A DNA stretch of 24,684 bases from a virus (taxonomy: Duplodnaviria > Caudoviricetes). The position numbers were made by a program, and so were the translations under genes. Under the pieces are notes generated by a model that saw only the letters and a program-made list of their open reading frames with translations, was not told the origin of the DNA and did not search any database. Positions 16,553 to 23,056 of the stretch are shown here, in pieces (the stretch's first letter is position 1; every line of letters begins with the position of its first letter). The DNA lies in IMG/VR virus record IMGVR_UViG_3300033067_000423, positions 1-24,684 of that record; one strand, given 5' to 3'.

Positions 16553-17146
16553 ATGACGCTCACTCCATCCCAAGCCGCAGCCCTCAAAGCCGCCATCGAC
16601 TCGACGCCCGCGTGGGCGGCGTTCCCCAACAGCACCGACGGGCACATCGACCTGGCTGCGGTGCTCAACAAGCAGGCCGCACCGGACTTCTACGTCTGGC
16701 GCACGAACGTCCCCGTGTCGCAAGTGCTGGCTGCAGTCGATCAGTCGAAGTACACGCCGCAGGATGTCATCAGCGACGTCGTGACGGACTTGGCAGTGCT
16801 CACGCGCATGCAGATCCGCGAGATTCGCTCGCAGACGAAGCTGATGCTTTTCCAGGACTACGTGCTTGGGCAACAGGCGATGAACTGCGCCCCAGGCGTG
16901 GTGCGCAAGGGCCTATTGGACGCAGTGTCGAAAGTCCCGGCCGGTCTCAACGGCGCCGAAGTGACGCCCGGCTCTCCGCTGGCGACGCTGTTCGGCTCTC
17001 TGCGCCGGCTGGCCACCGAAGGCGAGCGCGTGCTGTGTCAGGCATCTGACCCGTCTGACACGACCTCCGGCGTCACCGCCCGCGTGATGACCTTCGAAGG
17101 CAACCTGACCGCCGCTGACGTGGCGCAAGCGAGGGCCGTGCAGTGA
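16553..17146 (+). CDS. Hypothetical phage protein (197 aa), starts MTLTPSQAAALKAAI
   Basis: True start inferred at ATG 16553 after the previous stop; the upstream part of track ORF 15395..17146 is an off-frame shadow. Confidence 0.75.
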   Translation: MTLTPSQAAALKAAIDSTPAWAAFPNSTDGHIDLAAVLNKQAAPDFYVWRTNVPVSQVLAAVDQSKYTPQDVISDVVTDLAVLTRMQIREIRSQTKLMLFQDYVLGQQAMNCAPGVVRKGLLDAVSKVPAGLNGAEVTPGSPLATLFGSLRRLATEGERVLCQASDPSDTTSGVTARVMTFEGNLTAADVAQARAVQ

Positions 17147-17640
17147 CCATCACCAGCCGCGCATCGTCAGCGCTCACGCACACGGTGGCGTCGCTGGCCA
17201 CCAGTTCGGGCCGGACGGTCGGGCGGTGCTCGGCCGAGCATGACAACACCACGAACAAGGACGAGGAAGTCGCGGCCGGGGTGCTGTTCACGACCGGCAC
17301 GACTCCGACCGCTGGCGGCATCATCGAGGCGTGGGTGTTCCAAGTGCGTGAGGATGGGACGTGGCCTGACATCTTCACGGCCTCCTACAGCGGCAGTGAC
17401 GGCGGTTTCACGGTGCGCAGCCGCGATCATCTGCGTGCCGGCGCTGCGCTGCTTGGCGCCGTCCCTGTGCTGTCGACCAGCGATCTACCCTACGTGCTGT
17501 CGCCCAAGAACGTGGCGCAGTTGCTGGGCGTCAACCTCGTACGCAAGTTCGCGGTGTTCGTCACGCACTCGACCGCCGTCAACGCGAACAGCACTAGCGG
17601 CAACCACGAAACGACCGTCTCGCCAAGCTACTGGGCCTGA
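17143..17640 (+). CDS. Hypothetical beta-sandwich structural protein
   Basis: GTGA overlap; Thr/Ser/Gly-rich with alternating beta pattern. Confidence 0.7.
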   Translation: MTITSRASSALTHTVASLATSSGRTVGRCSAEHDNTTNKDEEVAAGVLFTTGTTPTAGGIIEAWVFQVREDGTWPDIFTASYSGSDGGFTVRSRDHLRAGAALLGAVPVLSTSDLPYVLSPKNVAQLLGVNLVRKFAVFVTHSTAVNANSTSGNHETTVSPSYWA

Positions 17641-17643
17641 CCT

Positions 17644-19236
17644 GTGGCGAAGAAGCGCGCCTATGCGGAGTGGGGCCGGCAGCCTATCGGCCCGGTCGGC
17701 ATCGAGTATGACCACGCACGCGCGGAAGGGCTGGTGTTCTTTGCGCCGCTGTCTGGCGCGCATGGAACGCGGGATCTTGTTCAGGAGCAACTTGGCGTCA
17801 GGACCGGGCTTGAGGCGTACTTGCCGTCTCAAGCCGGCGCGTTGCATCACCTGTTTGGGTCAAGCAGTTACGTCGACTTTCCGGTCCTTCCGGCAGTTGG
17901 CCACACGACGCCCACAACAATCGCATGGACGCAGGAACCACGCAGTACAAGTACCTATAGCGCCGTCCTATGGATCAAGCCGACAGGGGCAACATACGGC
18001 TTTGCAATCTATGAATCCGCAGCAGACTCTGCATACTATTTTGTAGTTGGACGGCGGAACCCTACCGGGGGCGGGGTAGATGTTTCGACGTTCTCTGCAA
18101 ACGTAGGCGCCGTAACAAACGACCGTCTAGACCGCTTTGTGCTGACGCTCCCGTCAGGCATGACCAGCGGCGGTGGCGCAAGGCTGTGGCGAAATGGCGT
18201 TGAGATTGCGGCCGGAACCAGCCTGCTTAGTAACGAATTTGGCACCAACACCACGGCGGCGTTTCGAGTCGGCGCCCTAGAGTCTGGGGGCGACCCATTT
18301 GAGGGCCTCATCGGCGACATGCGCATCTGGTCGCGCGTGTTGCCAGATGGTGATGCAGAAGACGAGTCGACCGTCCCTGGCGGCTGGAAGCTGTACGCGA
18401 AGTCGCGGATTCTGGTGCCGGTGTCGGCCGGCGGCGGTTCCTACACCCTGACCGCCGAGCAAGGCTCCTACACCCTCACCGGCCAAGCAGCCGGGCTCCT
18501 GGCGGGGCGCGTCCTGGCCGCCGCGCAGGGCAGCTACACCTTGTCGGGCCAAGCCGCGGCGCTGCTCAAGGGCAACGTCCTGGCCGCCGCCCAAGGCTCC
18601 TACGCACTGACCGGCCAAGATGTCGGGCTGCTGCGCGGCCTGCTGCTGTCGGCCGCCCAAGGCAGCTACGCACTCACCGGCCAGGACGCGACCCTCACCT
18701 ACACCCCACTGGGCGCCTTCTCTCTGACAGCGGACCAGGGCAACTACACCCTGACGGGCCAGTCGGCGTCGCTGCTGTGGGGGCCAGTGCTGGCAGCAGG
18801 GCAGGGCTCCTACACCCTGAACGGCCAGGACGCCACGCTGACCTACACGCCCGTCGGCGCCTACATCCTGACCGCAGGGCATGGCAGCTACGCGCTCACC
18901 GGCCAGGACGTGCTGCTGCAATGGGGCCATGTGCTGGCCGCGGCGCAGGGGAGCTACACCCTCACGGGTCAGGCCGCCACGCTGGCGCGCGGGCTTGTGC
19001 TGGCAGCTACGCAGGGCAGCTACACGCTGAACGGCCAGGCCGCGGCGTTCCGTCGCACCTACGTGCTGAGCGCCGGCTACGGCTCCTACGCGCTGACCGG
19101 GCAGATCGTGTCCCTGACGTACTCGGGCGCCGCGCTCGAGGCGCTGGAGTACCTGCTGCTGATCAGCCACATCACGCAGAGCATGAGCAAGACCAGCAAG
19201 GTCACGATGGAAGTCGACCTGATCAGCCGCATCTAG
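17644..19236 (+). CDS. LamG/concanavalin-like domain protein with ten C-terminal repeats; fibre/adhesin candidate
   Basis: RLWRNGVE...FRVGA...FEGLIGDMRIWSRVL LamG signature followed by LxAxxG[SN]YxLxGQ repeats. Confidence 0.75.
   Translation: MAKKRAYAEWGRQPIGPVGIEYDHARAEGLVFFAPLSGAHGTRDLVQEQLGVRTGLEAYLPSQAGALHHLFGSSSYVDFPVLPAVGHTTPTTIAWTQEPRSTSTYSAVLWIKPTGATYGFAIYESAADSAYYFVVGRRNPTGGGVDVSTFSANVGAVTNDRLDRFVLTLPSGMTSGGGARLWRNGVEIAAGTSLLSNEFGTNTTAAFRVGALESGGDPFEGLIGDMRIWSRVLPDGDAEDESTVPGGWKLYAKSRILVPVSAGGGSYTLTAEQGSYTLTGQAAGLLAGRVLAAAQGSYTLSGQAAALLKGNVLAAAQGSYALTGQDVGLLRGLLLSAAQGSYALTGQDATLTYTPLGAFSLTADQGNYTLTGQSASLLWGPVLAAGQGSYTLNGQDATLTYTPVGAYILTAGHGSYALTGQDVLLQWGHVLAAAQGSYTLTGQAATLARGLVLAATQGSYTLNGQAAAFRRTYVLSAGYGSYALTGQIVSLTYSGAALEALEYLLLISHITQSMSKTSKVTMEVDLISRI
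18448..19125 (+). repeat. Ten degenerate coding repeats of 66 or 78 bp (LxAxQGSYxLTGQ..., 22 or 26 aa)
   Basis: Counted in the translation; units 4 and 6 carry the longer DATLTYTP(L/V)GA form. Confidence 0.9.
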
Positions 19237-19276
19237 CAGCAACTCGACGGCTCCAGCAGCATCTGAGGACACCACC

Positions 19277-19567
19277 ATGGCCATCCGCGAGAAGATCTAC
19301 GTCGGCAACATCGGCACCGTCATCGACCTGGACACCGAGGTCGACATCTCCACGGCCACGTCCGTCAAGATTGCCGCCCTCAAGCCCGACGACACCGAGG
19401 TGGAGTGGACCGGCACCATCGAGGGCACGACGGTGGTGCGCTACACCACGGTGGCCGACGACCTGGACCAAGAGGGCGTGTGGCGGCTACAGGCCAAGGT
19501 GACCACGCCCAGCGGCACCTGGCTGGGCAACACCGTGACGATGGCGGTCTACCCGGAATTCGGCTGA
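19277..19567 (+). CDS. Small Ig-like / BppU-N-like anchor domain protein
   Basis: DISTATSVKI...KPD...VRYTTVADDLDQEGVWRLQAKV pattern; GAGGA RBS. Confidence 0.65.
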   Translation: MAIREKIYVGNIGTVIDLDTEVDISTATSVKIAALKPDDTEVEWTGTIEGTTVVRYTTVADDLDQEGVWRLQAKVTTPSGTWLGNTVTMAVYPEFG

Positions 19568-19580
19568 CGGCCGGGCCCGG

Positions 19581-19597
19581 GTGGAGTCCGACTCCAC
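19581..19597. repeat. 17-bp palindrome, copy 4 (intergenic, adjacent to promoter motif 5)
   Basis: Identical core; arms extend to 10 bp (19579-19599); flanked by direct repeats CCCGG. Confidence 0.95.
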
Positions 19598-19599
19598 CC

Positions 19600-19630
19600 C
19601 GGTTGATTTCCGGGGATCGTGGGCAATGCT
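19600..19630 (+). promoter_or_regulatory. Promoter-like motif 5: CGG-TTGATT-N16-AATGCT
   Basis: Same geometry; ATG at 19637 lies 7 nt after the -10. Confidence 0.65.
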
Positions 19631-19636
19631 GCCTGC

Positions 19637-21466
19637 ATGCTGCTGATCGACGACCAACGCCCCGTCGGCGCGAACACCAAGGTCAACCCGAAACACCTGG
19701 GCCCTGGGCTCGGCGTCGATGCGACCAACCTGGACAGCAGCCAGGCCGACGGGCGCGGCCGGCGCTCCGCCAGCACGGTGCACACGCTGGTGAACTACGG
19801 CGGCCCCGCGGTGTTCACGGCGTCCATCGCCGGCACGACGATGACGGTCTCGGGGGTCTCGTCCGGCACGCTGGTCATCGGGGCCACCCTGTCCGGCACT
19901 GGTGTGACCGCCGGTACGCGCATCACCGCCTTCCTGACGGGCTCGGGCGGCACCGGTACCTACACCGTCAGCGCGTCGCAGACGACCGCCTCGACCACCA
20001 TCACCGCGGTTCTGACCCAGCAGCACGCGATCTACCGCTTCGGCCGGGAGACGATCAGCGACACGCTGTACTGGATGGCCTTCACGGTGGATGTCGACTT
20101 CGCGCGCAGCTTGCTGGCCAGCGATCCCACCGAGCGGATCTACGGCACCGGCAGCGGGTCGACCAAGCCCTACTACACCGACAACACGTTCATCACCTCG
20201 CCCCCGTATCCCTCGGGCGGGTACGAACTGGGGATCCCGGCGCCGGCCACCGGCATGACGGCCACGGTCAACACCGCCGGCACGGGCACCAACGAGACGC
20301 GGGTCTACGTCGCCACCTACCTGCGCTACAACGACGACGAGAGCGCGCCGTCGGCGCCCGTCACCCTGATCTGCCAGAAGGGCTCGACCGTCGACCTGTC
20401 GGCCTTCCCGACCGACCCGGCCGCAACGATCGGCGTGACCAAGCGGCGCATCTACGTGAGCGTGGGCACCGATGACTTCCGCAAGTGCGGCGAGGCCGTG
20501 CTGGCGACGACGACCATCACCGACGGCGGCACCCGCGGCGTGATCCTGCAGACCGGTGGCACGACCGCCAAGCCGTCCTGGCTGCCGCCGCCCGACGATG
20601 GCATCGGCATGATCGAGCTCTGGAGCGGCATGCACGGCATGTTCGACGGCAAGCAGTACCTGACCTGCCATCCGTACAACCCGCATGCGTGGCCGGTGGA
20701 GTACCGCAGGCAGGTTCCCGACACCATCGTCGGCAGCGCGAAATGGGGCCAGAACTGGCTGCTGGCCACGACCGGCCTGCCGCGCGTGGTGATGGGCACC
20801 ACCCCGCTGGCGATGGTGGACACGCCGATCGCCTTCATGGAAGCCTGCCTGAGCAAGAGGTCGGTGGTGGGCGTCGGCCACGGCGTGTGCTGGGCGTCCA
20901 GCCGGGGCCTGTGCTACCACGGCAAGCTCGGCACCAAGGTGATCTCCGAGGTCTTCATGACCCAGGCGCAGTGGCGCGCGCTGGACCCTGACTCGATCAT
21001 CGCGGCCCACTGGCAGGGCTACTACGTCGGCTTCTACGACGACGGCACCAAGAAGGCCTTCATGGTCGATGTCGCGGCGCCAGAGAAGGGCATCATCTGG
21101 GTCAACCAGGGTGCCTACGCCCTGTTCTCGGACCCGCTGAGCGACACGCTGTACCTGCTGGACAGCGGCAACGTGATCAAGAAGTGGGACGCCGGCACTG
21201 TCGGCTCGGCGACCTACAAGAGCAAGGTCTTCCGCCAGCAGCGGCCCGTCACTCCCGGGTCGGCGCGGATCATCGCCACCACCTACCCGGTGACCTTCAG
21301 CCTGTGGGCCGACGGCGTGCTCAAGGTCAACGCCAAGACCGTCAGCAACGACAACTCGTTCCGCCTGCCGGGCGGCTACAAGGCCGAGGAACTGCAGTAC
21401 CAGATCAGCGGCGTCGGCCCCTGGGAAGGCGTGTTCGTCGGCGAAGAAGATTCGGACCTGCCGTGA
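19637..21466 (+). CDS. Tail nozzle / tail stabilisation protein (podovirus tail hub-like)
   Basis: [24 protein letters not shown]...[37 protein letters not shown] beta-propeller-like pattern; start could alternatively be 19619. Confidence 0.65.
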   Translation: MLLIDDQRPVGANTKVNPKHLGPGLGVDATNLDSSQADGRGRRSASTVHTLVNYGGPAVFTASIAGTTMTVSGVSSGTLVIGATLSGTGVTAGTRITAFLTGSGGTGTYTVSASQTTASTTITAVLTQQHAIYRFGRETISDTLYWMAFTVDVDFARSLLASDPTERIYGTGSGSTKPYYTDNTFITSPPYPSGGYELGIPAPATGMTATVNTAGTGTNETRVYVATYLRYNDDESAPSAPVTLICQKGSTVDLSAFPTDPAATIGVTKRRIYVSVGTDDFRKCGEAVLATTTITDGGTRGVILQTGGTTAKPSWLPPPDDGIGMIELWSGMHGMFDGKQYLTCHPYNPHAWPVEYRRQVPDTIVGSAKWGQNWLLATTGLPRVVMGTTPLAMVDTPIAFMEACLSKRSVVGVGHGVCWASSRGLCYHGKLGTKVISEVFMTQAQWRALDPDSIIAAHWQGYYVGFYDDGTKKAFMVDVAAPEKGIIWVNQGAYALFSDPLSDTLYLLDSGNVIKKWDAGTVGSATYKSKVFRQQRPVTPGSARIIATTYPVTFSLWADGVLKVNAKTVSNDNSFRLPGGYKAEELQYQISGVGPWEGVFVGEEDSDLP

Positions 21467-22971
21467 GCTCCAACGACCGCCGATTCGAGAACGACCAGAT
21501 CTACGACCTGCCGGCGCTCAGTCCGTCGGCAGACCACGATGAACTGCTCGAGCACCAGCAGCGCGAGGACCAGTGGCGCCGCACGCGCGAGCCGGTGGCC
21601 ACGGGCAGCAAGTTCCTGAAGTTCCTCACCTGGCAGGATCTGGTCGACCTGCGGCTGATCTCGATCAACGACGTGGTGGGCAACGACGACCCGGACCTGC
21701 CCGACGGCGACCCGGATGTCAACAACCCGGACTCGCCCGATTTCGTCAACGAGCCCCGGATCGCGGTGTACGCGCGGGATATGTTCCTGCCGGTCACCTA
21801 TGCGTGCTCGGCCCTGACCGTCATCGAGAACGACCCGGCCAAGCCGAACCTGCAGGTGCTGCTGTTCGACAAGGACACCTACGAGTCAGCGCAATTCGTG
21901 CTGATCCTGCCCAAAGAGTGGCCGGGCCGCGCGCTGCGCTACCGGGTCTACTGGAGCCACGGGGCCGGGGCCACGGCCTACGACGTGTCCTGGGACATGA
22001 CGGTGCACAGCTACGAAGACGGCGAGTCGATGCTCAACGACTGGGCCACCGGGCTGCGCGTGACCGACACCGGGGGCACGGCAGACGACCTGTACATCAG
22101 CGACGAGTCGGAAGCCGTCACTGTCAACGGCAACTTGGCCAAGGCGCACGACCTGCTGCTGTTCCGCATCACGCGACTGGCCGCGCACGAGACCGACACG
22201 CTGGACGTGGACGCCCGGCTGCACGCGGTGGAGTTCAACATCGGCGAGGTGGATTCCACCTTCCCGCCGGTGGTGGACCCGGACGTGGATCCGTACTTCG
22301 CCTTCGTGTCGCTGCTAGTGCAGGACGGCACAGAGGCTGACACAACGATCCTGGACCGCAGCGCCGTCGGTGATTCGGTGACAGCCACCACCTATGCTGA
22401 GTGGGACAGCGCGAATCAGCAGTTCGGCGCCAACACGCTGTTGCGGACAGAGTTGACGCCTGCCATCGGGGCGTTCACCAGCACCGGGTATGACAGCCGG
22501 TTCAACCGCATCACCGGGCAGCCTTGGACCATCGAGTGCTGGATCACATGGACCGGCCTCGAGAACTACGCCGGACACTCCCATCTGTGGGCGTGGTGGG
22601 ATGTGGCGTCCGGCGCTCCCATCGCGCAGATCTACCTCTACAGCGACACGGGGGAAATCCGTCTGCGGCAAGGCACGGATGCCGACGTGTCTCTTGGCAC
22701 GATCAGTTCGGGCACGCCGCACTTTGTGGTGTACACGCTGGCAGCCGACGGCACCTACGCCATCGACATCGACGGCACGGAAGTGAACACCGGCACCAAC
22801 ACCTACGGCAATGACGCTGTAGGAGGTTCTGAGTTCTATTGCGGCTCCTACAACTCAACGGCCGTTGTAGTTGGCGGGACGTGGGAGTCTTGGGTGACCC
22901 CGCTGCGCGTCACCAAGGGCGTGCTGCGCGCCCGCGGCAGCGTTCCGACCGCGCTGTTCCCGACGGCCTGA
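21463..22971 (+). CDS. Tail fibre/spike with C-terminal LamG-like domain
   Basis: GTGA overlap; N-terminal [14 protein letters not shown] attachment-like segment, Asp/Pro linkers, [10 protein letters not shown]...WTIECWI...[15 protein letters not shown]. Confidence 0.7.
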   Translation: MSSNDRRFENDQIYDLPALSPSADHDELLEHQQREDQWRRTREPVATGSKFLKFLTWQDLVDLRLISINDVVGNDDPDLPDGDPDVNNPDSPDFVNEPRIAVYARDMFLPVTYACSALTVIENDPAKPNLQVLLFDKDTYESAQFVLILPKEWPGRALRYRVYWSHGAGATAYDVSWDMTVHSYEDGESMLNDWATGLRVTDTGGTADDLYISDESEAVTVNGNLAKAHDLLLFRITRLAAHETDTLDVDARLHAVEFNIGEVDSTFPPVVDPDVDPYFAFVSLLVQDGTEADTTILDRSAVGDSVTATTYAEWDSANQQFGANTLLRTELTPAIGAFTSTGYDSRFNRITGQPWTIECWITWTGLENYAGHSHLWAWWDVASGAPIAQIYLYSDTGEIRLRQGTDADVSLGTISSGTPHFVVYTLAADGTYAIDIDGTEVNTGTNTYGNDAVGGSEFYCGSYNSTAVVVGGTWESWVTPLRVTKGVLRARGSVPTALFPTA

Positions 22972-22983
22972 GCTCGCCGGCCA

Positions 22984-23014
22984 CGGTTGATTTCCGGCGT
23001 TCGGCGGGTACGGT
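22984..23014 (+). promoter_or_regulatory. Promoter-like motif 6: CGG-TTGATT-N16-TACGGT
   Basis: Intergenic; shares CGGTTGATTTCCGG with motif 5. Confidence 0.65.
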
Positions 23015-23056
23015 AGGCCCAGCACGGGCACACCAGGAGCCAGCGAGGATTCAGCC

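Noticed and set aside
18448-19125. Coding repeats or LamG genes as diversity-generating retroelement VR/TR
   Set aside because: Repeats are tandem and differ at all base types, not specifically adenines; no reverse transcriptase in the window
671-19597. Palindrome copies as a CRISPR array or integron attC sites
   Set aside because: Copies are kilobases apart, mostly inside genes, only 17 bp; no spacers, cas genes or integrase
22247-22261. Near-palindrome AGGTGGATTCCACCT and half-sites such as GACTCCACC near 7927 and 11080, GTGGAGTCC near 4702
   Set aside because: Lack the full dyad or spacing; expected from common codons for V-E-S or D-S-T
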